Of a stretch of 64,000 bases of DNA, positions 49,362 to 57,954 are shown piece by piece. Both the position numbers and the translations under genes were made by a program. Each line of letters begins with the position of its first letter. The first letter of the stretch is position 1. The stretch is from Acidobacteriota bacterium (GTDB taxonomy: Bacteria > Acidobacteriota > UBA6911 > RPQK01 > JADFOI01), in NCBI GenBank assembly GCA_963663035.1, contig OY760074.1, positions 2,848,001 to 2,912,000 on the forward strand, in the 5' to 3' direction. The notes beneath the pieces are model-generated. The model was not told the origin of the DNA. It saw only the letters and a list, made by a program, of their open reading frames with translations, and did no database searches.

Positions 49362-50824
49362 GATTCCCTCTCGCCATCCGCTGTGATGCTGACCCAGTCC
49401 GTATGGACCCAGCCCAGCTCCGGCTTGTCCAGGCGTTGGTACAGGTGGGAGCCAAAAAAGTCACGCTGAGCCTGGGTCAGATTCTGAGGTAATGCTGCAG
49501 TACGATAGCTATCGAAGTAGGCAAGGCTGGCGGCCATAGCCATCACTGGGATCCCCAGGTCTTGGGCGGTGGAGACCGTCCTTCGCCAGCGCGGTTGGGC
49601 CTCACTCACCCAGGCGCGGAAACTCGGATCCAGGAGTAAATTCTGTAAGTCAGGCTGCCGCTGATAGGCTTGTTTGATGTCATCCAGGAAGCGTGCACGT
49701 ATGATGCAGCCTCCCTTCCAGATGCGGCTCACCTCACCTAAGTTAATCTTCCACTGGTGCTGGTCCGAACCAGCACGAAGAAGAGCATAACCCTGGGAAT
49801 AGGAGCAAATCTTACTGGCATAGAGCGCGTCATGGATGGCGTTAATCATTTCCTCCGGGTCTCCATGGTAGCGCCCATTAGGAGGTCCTGAAATGGCTTG
49901 GCTCGCTTCCTGGCGCTCTTGCCTGAGAGCGGAAAGAAAGCGCGCCTCGATGGCGGCATGAATGGTGGGAATGGCAATGCCGAAGTCCAGGGCAACCTGT
50001 GAGGTCCACTTGCCAGTGCCCTTTTGTCCAGCCTTGTCGAGAATCAGCTCCACCAGCGGCTTGCCACTCTCCTGGTCCATGACGCTGAAAATCTTAGCCG
50101 TAATCTCAATGAGATAGGACTCCATCACTCCCTCATTCCATTGGCCAAAAATATCAGTTAACTGGCTGCTCTCAAGACCCAGTGCATCTCTGAGAAGATG
50201 GTAAGCCTCAGCAATCAGCTGCATATCTCCGTACTCAATCCCGTTGTGAACCATCTTGACAAAGTGACCTGCTCCGTCCGGTCCACAATAGGTCACACAG
50301 GGACCATCATCGACCTGGGCGGCCATCCTTTCGAAAACAGGCCTCAGTTCTTCATAGGCCGCCTGGTCTCCACCGGGCATCATGGAGGGTCCCCAAAGTG
50401 CTCCCATCTCGCCTCCTGACACCCCCACCCCAAAAAACTTCAGGCCCTCTCGAGCCAAAGCAGCTTCGCGACGGATGGTATCTGGAAAGTGGGAGTTCCC
50501 GCCGTCAATAATGATGTCGCCCTTCTCCAGGTGAGGCTTTAGTAAATCGATGGTCCAGTCGACCGGGTCGCCAGCCTTGACCATCATCAGAACTCTGCGT
50601 GGTCTCTCTAATGACCGGACAAGATCTTCGATTGAGTGGGTACCACTGATCTGCTTTCCCTGGGCCTTCTTTTGAATGAACTCATCCACCCCTTCCGGCT
50701 TTCGAGTCCACACAGCAATCGGATAACCGTTACGCTCAATATTGAGGGCAAGATTTTGCCCCATCACTCCCAGCCCTAGCAGTCCAAACTTGGCTAGGCC
50801 GTTCGGTGCCTCTGCCTTTGACAT
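49358..50824 (-). CDS. gndA: NADP-dependent 6-phosphogluconate dehydrogenase
   Basis: GLGVMG, MVKAG, VKMVHNGIEYG, QKGTGKW, QAQRDFFGSH. Confidence 0.97.
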   Translation of the reverse strand: MSKAEAPNGLAKFGLLGLGVMGQNLALNIERNGYPIAVWTRKPEGVDEFIQKKAQGKQISGTHSIEDLVRSLERPRRVLMMVKAGDPVDWTIDLLKPHLEKGDIIIDGGNSHFPDTIRREAALAREGLKFFGVGVSGGEMGALWGPSMMPGGDQAAYEELRPVFERMAAQVDDGPCVTYCGPDGAGHFVKMVHNGIEYGDMQLIAEAYHLLRDALGLESSQLTDIFGQWNEGVMESYLIEITAKIFSVMDQESGKPLVELILDKAGQKGTGKWTSQVALDFGIAIPTIHAAIEARFLSALRQERQEASQAISGPPNGRYHGDPEEMINAIHDALYASKICSYSQGYALLRAGSDQHQWKINLGEVSRIWKGGCIIRARFLDDIKQAYQRQPDLQNLLLDPSFRAWVSEAQPRWRRTVSTAQDLGIPVMAMAASLAYFDSYRTAALPQNLTQAQRDFFGSHLYQRLDKPELGWVHTDWVSITADGERES

Positions 50825-50839
50825 TTCATGGCCTCCTTA

Positions 50840-52528
50840 TCAGGCTCTTGCCTCAGTCGCTTCTTTCACGGCGCTGAGCAATGTTTTCAAACCGGTCTCG
50901 ATATCTTGTCCCAGGTGGAAGCGAATGACGCGCCGATTGCGCTGGGCCAGGGACTGGAAGTCACCCAGCGCCTGAGCCTGTTGGAGGACTCCAAAGGTGT
51001 AGGGTTGGTCCGGAATGGAGAGATCCTGGCTGTCCCCGGCGGTGATCTGGATAAAGATTCCGTTGTCGGCTCCACCTTTGTGCAGCTGGCCGGTGGAATG
51101 GAGAAAGCGCGGCCCGTATCCCACAGTGGTGGCCGTTTTGAGTGCGCTGCGAATTCGAGTGCGGATCTCGCCCAGCCACTGGTCGTGGGAACCTGTCTCG
51201 GGGATGTAGGCAGTCAATGCCACATAGTCACCCGGCTGGGCCTGTGAAAGATGCGCTCCCAGGTAACCGGCCAGTGTTTCGCTCTCCGCTTGGAGTACGG
51301 TTTTTGTCTTCTGATCAGAATAGATTCGGCAACCCTGCTCCTCAACGAGTACCTCCTGCTGCGGCAGCTGACTCTCATTTTTGTACACTTCGAGTAAATG
51401 CTTGGTATTGTCCTTGCTCTCCTGCACATTGGGTTGATCGAAGGGATTAATCTTCAGCAAAGCTCCCACCAGTGCGATGGCGAACTCCCACAGGAAGAAC
51501 GCGCGCCCTAAACTCAGGCCATCCCGCAAGACCTGGCAAACGACCGGATGGCCTGCCTTCTCCAGAGCCTCAATTTTGGCATCGGTTTCCTTGTCGGAAG
51601 CAGCGCTGGTACGAATGTAGACAAAGACCCGGTCATCTCCGTAAAGGCTGGGGTCACCCAGAGATTCTCCGGCCACCGGTAATATTCCACGACCTTCTTT
51701 ACCGGTGCTTTCGGCTATCAGCTGTTCAATCCAAAGTCCCAGAGATTCAAGGGGGGGAGGTGTGATCAAGGTGATCTTGTCTCGGCCCTCTTTGGCCAGT
51801 TGACCCAAGGCTGCTGCCAGCCGGGCTGCTGGGTTTTCAGCAGTCGGCACACTCCTCTCGCAGGCTTCACAGGCAGAAGTGGCTCTTTCCAGGATCTCTT
51901 TCACGTCCAGTCCCATCAAGGCGGCAGGTACCATGCCAAAGAAGGACAGAACAGAGTAACGTCCACCGATGTCGGCCATGTTTCTAAACACACGCCGGAA
52001 ACCTTTCTCTTGGGCAATCTGCTCGAGTTTCGTCCCGGGATCCGTGATGGCAATAAAATTTCTACCGGGCTCATCCGCTTTGACCTGGGCAACCTTGTCG
52101 AAGAAATATTGGAAAAACATCAGGGATTCGGTGGTGGTTCCCGACTTGCTGGCTACGATGAACAGAGTTTTTTCCACATCAACGGCCTCCTCCATCGTTC
52201 TGACCGTAGCGGGATTGGTGCTGTCCAGAACCAGGAGCTGTGGATACCCCTTGATCTCACCGAAGGTTCGCCGCAAAACCTCCGGACCCAGGCTGCTGCC
52301 ACCCATACCCAGCAGCATGATGTGATCGAAACCATCGCCCCGCACCCGGTCGGCAAAAGCTCTCAGCTCCTGGGCCTTCTCGAGGATGGTTCCAGCCACC
52401 GTTAACCAGCCCAGTGAATTTCGGATGATCTTCTGGTGCTCGGGGTCGTCTTTCCAAAGAGCACTGTCCTGACGCCAGAGACGCCGGATGAACTGCTGTT
52501 CATCCATCTCCTCGATCATCTCCAGCAC
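50840..52528 (-). CDS. pgi: Glucose-6-phosphate isomerase half of a transaldolase-PGI fusion (tal domain deleted)
   Basis: GMGGSSL, SKSGTT, GGRYS, EQLIAESTGK, PFDQPNVQESK, GPRFLHSTGQ; frame stays open upstream to the MITE at 52640. Confidence 0.85.
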   Translation of the reverse strand: MLEMIEEMDEQQFIRRLWRQDSALWKDDPEHQKIIRNSLGWLTVAGTILEKAQELRAFADRVRGDGFDHIMLLGMGGSSLGPEVLRRTFGEIKGYPQLLVLDSTNPATVRTMEEAVDVEKTLFIVASKSGTTTESLMFFQYFFDKVAQVKADEPGRNFIAITDPGTKLEQIAQEKGFRRVFRNMADIGGRYSVLSFFGMVPAALMGLDVKEILERATSACEACERSVPTAENPAARLAAALGQLAKEGRDKITLITPPPLESLGLWIEQLIAESTGKEGRGILPVAGESLGDPSLYGDDRVFVYIRTSAASDKETDAKIEALEKAGHPVVCQVLRDGLSLGRAFFLWEFAIALVGALLKINPFDQPNVQESKDNTKHLLEVYKNESQLPQQEVLVEEQGCRIYSDQKTKTVLQAESETLAGYLGAHLSQAQPGDYVALTAYIPETGSHDQWLGEIRTRIRSALKTATTVGYGPRFLHSTGQLHKGGADNGIFIQITAGDSQDLSIPDQPYTFGVLQQAQALGDFQSLAQRNRRVIRFHLGQDIETGLKTLLSAVKEATEARA

Positions 52529-52639
52529 CGCTGTTTCGTACTGTCCCAGTGAAAGTGATTGCCTCTCAACGATGCTGGTGATGTTGGCCTCGCGCCTTTC
52601 CTCGATGGTTTTTATCAGTTTATCAAAGGGTTCCTCAAG

Positions 52640-52846
52640 CCGGGATTATGCATAAGTATTCTACTGCAGTGCCGCAATCATCCACCCTGACCGCGTTGTG
52701 CGACCCGCAGGCGGGTAACCCTTGGGCTCCTCGGCGTACTGCATGAGTACACCTGCGGGGCCCGACCCGCAAGCGGGTACCCCTCCCACGCCTTGTCATC
52801 GCGGCGCCAGCGGCACTTCGTCACGAAAACTTACGCATAATCCCGG
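52640..52846. mobile_element. Non-autonomous MITE with CCGGGATTATGC(A/G)TAAGT terminal inverted repeats
   Basis: IR 52638-52657 vs 52829-52848 (1 mismatch in 20); internal CGACCCGCA(G/A)GCGGGTA palindromes at 52701 and 52763; no ORF. Confidence 0.85.
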
Positions 52847-53779
52847 CTAGCCCTGGACAAGGGGCTTCACGCGTGTTTGAAACAATTCCAGCTGTTCAAG
52901 CTCGTCTGCCAGGGGCCAGAGAAACACTCTCTGGGCGCCGGCAGCGGAGTAAGCAGCTAATTTCTCCGCACACCTTTCCGGCGATCCGATGAGCAGCTGC
53001 TGGCGCAACTCTTCGATGGGACGGTTCAGCGCTGGGCCAAGCACCGTGGAGAGAATCTGGTCAGCTCTGGAGCGGTCCTCAGTCAGGTACATCCACATGG
53101 TGGCAATGCCATTGGGGAAGGCCTCCGCTGCCTTTCCGGCCAAGGATAGTTGCTCCGAGAGATAACCGAGACCGTGCGCGAATCTCTCTGGAGTGGTGTT
53201 GTATCCCGAGGCCAGCCATCCGTCGCCGTAGCGGGCCGTGCGCCGCAACCCTGCCTTTGAGCCCCAGCTCGCCACCCAAATCGGGGGACCGGACTGCTCA
53301 GGGGGATAGGGCTCAAGCTGAATCCCTTCAGTCGAATAGAACTTTCCCTGGAAGCTTTCAGAATGCGGTGTCCAGAGGGCGCGCAGGACCTCAATGACCT
53401 CATCAAACCGCTTCCAGCGCTCTGGAAAAGGTACGCCAGCCGCCATGTAATCACGCTCTGAGGACCCGGGTCCGACACCGACCACGAGCCGTCCCCCCGA
53501 CAGGAGGCTGATGGCGCCGAGGGTCTTGGCGGTCAGGACAGGACCGCGCACCACCGGGAGGGAAACGGTTGTAGCAAGGGTCATCTCTCCAGATGATTCC
53601 ATCACCGCAGCCAGAGCCGTGTGACCATCTAACCACGGTCGAGAGAACAAGAGGTGATCATTCACGCACAGGAACGTGTAGCCAAGCTCAGCGGCCCGCT
53701 TGGTGTAGGTCCCGAGGTCGGCCAGTGAAAAGCCCTTGCCGGAGAAATCAATGAGGGGCAGATTAACACCGTATTCCAT
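52847..53779 (-). CDS. LLM-class (luciferase-like) flavin-dependent oxidoreductase
   Basis: NDH, LSGGRL.VGVG, PPIWVASW, ARYGDGW; GGAGG RBS before ATG 53779. Confidence 0.88.
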   Translation of the reverse strand: MEYGVNLPLIDFSGKGFSLADLGTYTKRAAELGYTFLCVNDHLLFSRPWLDGHTALAAVMESSGEMTLATTVSLPVVRGPVLTAKTLGAISLLSGGRLVVGVGPGSSERDYMAAGVPFPERWKRFDEVIEVLRALWTPHSESFQGKFYSTEGIQLEPYPPEQSGPPIWVASWGSKAGLRRTARYGDGWLASGYNTTPERFAHGLGYLSEQLSLAGKAAEAFPNGIATMWMYLTEDRSRADQILSTVLGPALNRPIEELRQQLLIGSPERCAEKLAAYSAAGAQRVFLWPLADELEQLELFQTRVKPLVQG

Positions 53780-53841
53780 CCTGCCTCCAAGAGTGCTACG
53801 GTCCTGCCCACAATGCAAGGCTTTATTCGGATTCGGCACCT

Positions 53842-53919
53842 GAGGAAATGTGGGGACAGACTACCCGTTCACCTCATTTCAAAATGAGGTGAACGGGTAG
53901 TCTGTCCCCACATTTCCTC
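53842..53919. repeat. Perfect 38-bp inverted repeat (2-nt loop)
   Basis: GAGGAAATGTGGGGACAGACTACCCGTTCACCTCATTT-CA-reverse complement, then extra CCACATTTC. Confidence 0.95.
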
Positions 53920-53974
53920 CCACATTTCTCTCCCTACCTCTGAGTCGGGTTTCAAACAGCCGGTCCATTTTTAA

Positions 53975-54000
53975 TGAAACTTCTCCGATTTTGATTCGTC
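53975..54000 (+). promoter_or_regulatory. Candidate ECF sigma promoter
   Basis: TGAAAC-N16-CGTC matches the SigW/SigM-type consensus. Confidence 0.55.
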
Positions 54001-54005
54001 CTAAT

Positions 54006-54115
54006 AGGTGAATGAGGATTATCCCCTCCCTCATTCGACACTCCTCCACTCCCCCGATGGTGAGCCTGGAGAAATCCGGGCTCACCATCACCTCCCCCAG
54101 CTTCTCTTCACCAAA
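54006..54115 (+). ncRNA. Candidate structured sRNA or leader with C-rich anti-SD tracts
   Basis: Hairpins 54010-54036 and 54056-54089 (GAAA tetraloop, G-U pair); three CCTCC tracts. Confidence 0.35.
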
Positions 54116-54222
54116 AGTGTCAGCTAGAACCTGGAAGTTCGGTCGGACTTCAGTTAGCCTGTCAACCGGGAGTATGCATATTCCCGGTTATACCCTTCCA
54201 AGCGGAAGAGATTGGAACAGAA

Positions 54223-55038
54223 GTGGCACAGGTTAAGCCGACATCGTCACAGCGAACCACCTTGGCGCACCTCTATCGCAGCTATGAGGGTTTCGTCATA
54301 GGCTTCTGCTCGGTGATGTCTTTCCTGGTTGCTTGGGAGTCGATCGTGAGGCTCGGCTTTGTCAATCCACTCTTTCTGGCCGCACCCACTCAGATTCTTT
54401 CCTCGATACTGGAACTCTCCCAGACCCGCCTCTGGGAAGATATCTATGTGAGCGGTACGGAATTCCTGGTTGGTTTCTCCATCTCGGTGATCGTGGGGAT
54501 TCCTTTCGGACTATGGGTGGGTTGGAATCGAAGAACCTTTTATGCCGTTAACCCATTTTTGTCGGGTCTTTACGCGACCCCGCGGATCGCCTTATTACCT
54601 CTTTTGATCATCTGGGTAGGAATTGGAATATGGTCGAAGGTTTTGATGGTTTTTCTGGGGGCTATCTTCCCGATTGTCATGAGCACCATGGCCGGCGTGC
54701 GCAGCGCCGATCAGTCTCTCCTCCGGGTGGCACAGACCTTTGGGGCCTCGGATCTTCATCTCTTTCGCACCATCATTCTCCCGGGCAGCGTACCTTTCGT
54801 AGTGGCTGGTCTTCGACTGGGATTCGGGCGGGCGATCTTGAGTGTTATCGTGGCCGAGTTTTACGTCTCGACGAGAGGCCTTGGCAATCTCATCAGCTTC
54901 GCTGGGGAAACCTTCCAGACCTCCCAGGCATTCGCAGCCATCGTGATTGTGGCTTTTTTCGGTCTACTGGGCAGCGCCGCCCTGGAGCGATTGGAGTCGC
55001 GATTCGATCGCTGGCGTGCACCCAGCCAGCAAGGCTAG
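54223..55038 (+). CDS. ABC importer permease (TauC/SsuC/NitT type)
   Basis: FLAAPTQI, TPRIALLPL, A.TFGA...ILPGSVP..GLRLG, VAEF. Confidence 0.9.
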   Translation: MAQVKPTSSQRTTLAHLYRSYEGFVIGFCSVMSFLVAWESIVRLGFVNPLFLAAPTQILSSILELSQTRLWEDIYVSGTEFLVGFSISVIVGIPFGLWVGWNRRTFYAVNPFLSGLYATPRIALLPLLIIWVGIGIWSKVLMVFLGAIFPIVMSTMAGVRSADQSLLRVAQTFGASDLHLFRTIILPGSVPFVVAGLRLGFGRAILSVIVAEFYVSTRGLGNLISFAGETFQTSQAFAAIVIVAFFGLLGSAALERLESRFDRWRAPSQQG

Positions 55039-55069
55039 GTAGCCGGGATAAGGTAGAGACCCGGCTAGG

Positions 55070-56962
55070 CTATGCCGGCGACTTATCAATCGTTGGCGTC
55101 CACGGTGTCTCGGCCCAGGCGACTCCGGTCCGTCTCACCTGGGCATCGATCAAGTAGGGTTTACCCTCCAGGGTGGCCCGCTTGGCCCTCGCCAATGCCT
55201 GCTTCAGTTGAGCGGGGGACTCGGCCACCTCGCCTTCCACTCCGAAGCCCTTGGCGATATAGGCCATATTCATGTCGGGCTTGCCCAGATAATCGCAAAC
55301 GAACTGACCCGTCTGCACCATCCGACTGTTGGGCGGAAGAGCTGAGATGACTCGGTTGTGGGGTCCGCCATAGGCATGGTTATTGTAGATCACCGTGATC
55401 ACCGGCAGTTCCAATCGAGCCATATTCCAGAGTCCAGTCGGTCCAAAAATAAAGGCTCCGTCCCCAGACAGAGCAATGACCTGCTGGTTGGGCTTGGCCA
55501 GCTTGACTCCAGCCGCTTTTCCGGTGGCTCCTCCCAGGTGGCCAGCGTAATAGGCGATGTGCTCCCGGCCGCCCATCGGGTTGAAGCCGAAGAACTGCTT
55601 CCCTCCCGTTCCGCCCGACTCATCCACAATGATGGCATCTTCGTCCGCGAATTGGGCGATCTCATAGGTGAGGCGATCCGACAGGATCGGGCTTCCATCC
55701 CAGTCCGGGTTCTTGGTCATCAGGGAGCTCAACTTCCTGGCCCTTTCGCTAAAGGCCCTCACCTTCTCACTTCGCTCCTGGGCCTTCCTCTTGATGGTGG
55801 GGGTCATGATGCTCTTGATGGCAGTGATCAGGTCGTCCTGACCATAGGCCACATCGGCCACCAGGGGAACCTCTACGGTAATGACATTGCCCATGCTGGC
55901 ACTGTCGAGCCGCATGTCAATGAACTTGATGTGACGCGGCACCAGCGGCGTGGTGCCAGTGTGCTGAAGCTTGTTTCCCACATTGATGACCACATCCGGG
56001 TTCTGCGTTCCCAGGGCACGTCCCCCCACCCACAGGGGATGGGCCTCGGGAAAGTTGGCAAAAACCTGCCTGTTCTGAGTCACCGGCATGCCCAGCAGTT
56101 CAGCCAGCTGGACCGCCTTGTCCACCGAGTTGGTCTTGTACAGTTCATCACCGACGATCAAGAGCGGTCGTCTGGCTTCCACCAGGAGCCGGGCGGCCCG
56201 CTCCACCTCTTTCGGATTGGGTCTGACTCGCATGCGCGGGTCCACCTTCTCTTGGGCGATAATCTCCGAGCGCACCTTTTCCTGAGTGTAGTCCGTGTGC
56301 CAGGTCGCATAGGTAGGACCATAAGGGGGAGTCCAGGCCACTTTAAAAGCACGACGTATCGTCTCCGGAATCATCTCCGCACGCCGCGCCAGCCAGTGCC
56401 ACTTGGTGATTGGCCCCACAATCTCCTCCTGATAGATCACTTCTTCGAAATTGTCCCGTCCGGCAGCCCGGCTCGGTTCATTGCGATAGCTGTAGTACAC
56501 CAGGGGCGTCTGTTCCTTCCAGGCGCAGTACATCTGTCCCATGGCATTCACCAGACCCACGATGGCCGCCTGCATCACGATGGCAGGTTCTCCTGAGGCC
56601 TGAATGTAGCCCATGGCCATAGCAGCTCCGGGACCTTCGTGAGGCGTGAGGATGTATTTGAGTTGCGGCCGGTCCACCAGGGCTTCGTAAAAAAAGGCGT
56701 CGCTGCTGGCCGAGTTCCCAAAGATGTATTTGACTCCCGAGGCAATCAGCTGCTCGGCAAAGGCCTCCCCTCCCGTCCCCTCAAAGACTCTCACCCCATC
56801 CGGGGAATCTCGGCGTTCTCCCTCCTGTCCGTGAACCAGCGGGGTCAGGGACTGGAGGACCGACTGGGCTGCCGCCAGCGAGACTCCCGTTTTCACTAGC
56901 CGGGTCACAAAGCCCCGCCGAGAAATAGATTTCGACAGATACTGGGCGACTAGTTCTCTCAT
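55070..56962 (-). CDS. ThDP-dependent enzyme (benzoylformate decarboxylase/ALS superfamily) with Tat-like N-terminus
   Basis: SRRGFV leader; PHEG catalytic Glu; GDGA-x24-NN ThDP motif. Confidence 0.85.
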   Translation of the reverse strand: MRELVAQYLSKSISRRGFVTRLVKTGVSLAAAQSVLQSLTPLVHGQEGERRDSPDGVRVFEGTGGEAFAEQLIASGVKYIFGNSASSDAFFYEALVDRPQLKYILTPHEGPGAAMAMGYIQASGEPAIVMQAAIVGLVNAMGQMYCAWKEQTPLVYYSYRNEPSRAAGRDNFEEVIYQEEIVGPITKWHWLARRAEMIPETIRRAFKVAWTPPYGPTYATWHTDYTQEKVRSEIIAQEKVDPRMRVRPNPKEVERAARLLVEARRPLLIVGDELYKTNSVDKAVQLAELLGMPVTQNRQVFANFPEAHPLWVGGRALGTQNPDVVINVGNKLQHTGTTPLVPRHIKFIDMRLDSASMGNVITVEVPLVADVAYGQDDLITAIKSIMTPTIKRKAQERSEKVRAFSERARKLSSLMTKNPDWDGSPILSDRLTYEIAQFADEDAIIVDESGGTGGKQFFGFNPMGGREHIAYYAGHLGGATGKAAGVKLAKPNQQVIALSGDGAFIFGPTGLWNMARLELPVITVIYNNHAYGGPHNRVISALPPNSRMVQTGQFVCDYLGKPDMNMAYIAKGFGVEGEVAESPAQLKQALARAKRATLEGKPYLIDAQVRRTGVAWAETPWTPTIDKSPA

Positions 56963-57008
56963 TGTGTTCTCCTTATGTTACTTTAGGCGACACGTTCTTC
57001 CCCGGTCT

Positions 57009-57047
57009 GTTGGGGGAATTATATTCCCCCAACTTGCAACGGGTCAA
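57009..57047 (-). promoter_or_regulatory. sigma70 promoter with overlapping 11-bp palindrome (operator candidate)
   Basis: Minus strand TTGACC-18-TATAAT; GTTGGGGGAAT-TAT-ATTCCCCCAAC covers the -10. Confidence 0.55.
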
Positions 57048-57123
57048 CAAACGCTCTTGACTGAAAGACTGGTTAGCATCACTGCCGAAAATCGACTATA
57101 TTGAACCGCCACGAGACACTGCT

Positions 57124-57942
57124 ATGGCAGCCACACCCAAGCTGAAAGCGAGAGGAATTTGCGTTGACTATTTCCAGGCCCGGCTGGGTCAATCCATACG
57201 GGCTCTCTCCCACATCGATCTCTCGGTAAACGAAAACGAGTTTGTGACCATCGTTGGACCGAGTGGTTGCGGCAAGACGACCTTCCTCAACGTGGTTGCC
57301 GGAATCATCATGCCATCAGAAGGTGAGCTGTCCCTGGATGGGCGTCCGGTCAAGGGGCCGGGCTCAGATCGAGCGGTGGTCTTTCAGCAAGCGTCGCTTC
57401 TCCCCTGGCGACCGGTCCTGGGCAATGTCCTCTACGGCCTGGAATGTCAGGGCAAGGACGTCACGGCGGCCATGCCGCGAGCCAGCGAGCTGCTCGAGCT
57501 GGTGGGCTTGACCGGGTTTGAGCATCATTATCCGCATGAGCTTTCGGGCGGCATGCAGCAGCGCGTCAACCTGGCCCGGGCTCTCTTGATCGATCCTGAT
57601 CTTTTGCTCATGGATGAGCCCTTTGCGGCCTTGGACGCTCAAACACGGGAAATCATGCAAACCGAACTGTTAAGCATCTGGCAAAGGACGAGTAAGACAG
57701 TGCTTTTCATCACCCATCAGATTGATGAATCAGTTTTTCTCTCCGATCAAGTCATCGTTTTCGGTTCTCGCCCCGGTCGGGTAAAGGCCTGTATTCCGAT
57801 CCCCTTCAAGCGACCCCGCCAACTCTCCCTCAAGCGCACTCCAGAGTTCCTCGACTATATCGATCAGATCTGGGAGTTAATCGAAAGCGATGTGCGTTCG
57901 GCAGCCCGCGGCCAGAAAGAATCCGCTGCTTCGAGTGATTAG
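57124..57942 (+). CDS. ABC importer ATP-binding protein (TauB/SsuB type)
   Basis: GPSGCGKT, VFQ..LLPW, YPHELSGGMQQR, LMDEPFAALD. Confidence 0.92.
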   Translation: MAATPKLKARGICVDYFQARLGQSIRALSHIDLSVNENEFVTIVGPSGCGKTTFLNVVAGIIMPSEGELSLDGRPVKGPGSDRAVVFQQASLLPWRPVLGNVLYGLECQGKDVTAAMPRASELLELVGLTGFEHHYPHELSGGMQQRVNLARALLIDPDLLLMDEPFAALDAQTREIMQTELLSIWQRTSKTVLFITHQIDESVFLSDQVIVFGSRPGRVKACIPIPFKRPRQLSLKRTPEFLDYIDQIWELIESDVRSAARGQKESAASSD

Positions 57943-57954
57943 CCCGCCCTTCTC

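Noticed and set aside
54012-54236. 74-aa ORF behind the ECF-like promoter
   Set aside because: Ser/Pro-rich, no recognisable domain, little room for an RBS; RNA-structure reading preferred, though a leaderless peptide is not excluded
55358-56596. 412-aa antisense ORF and many similar shadow ORFs in the track
   Set aside because: They lie opposite well-supported genes and have no motifs; expected from codon bias
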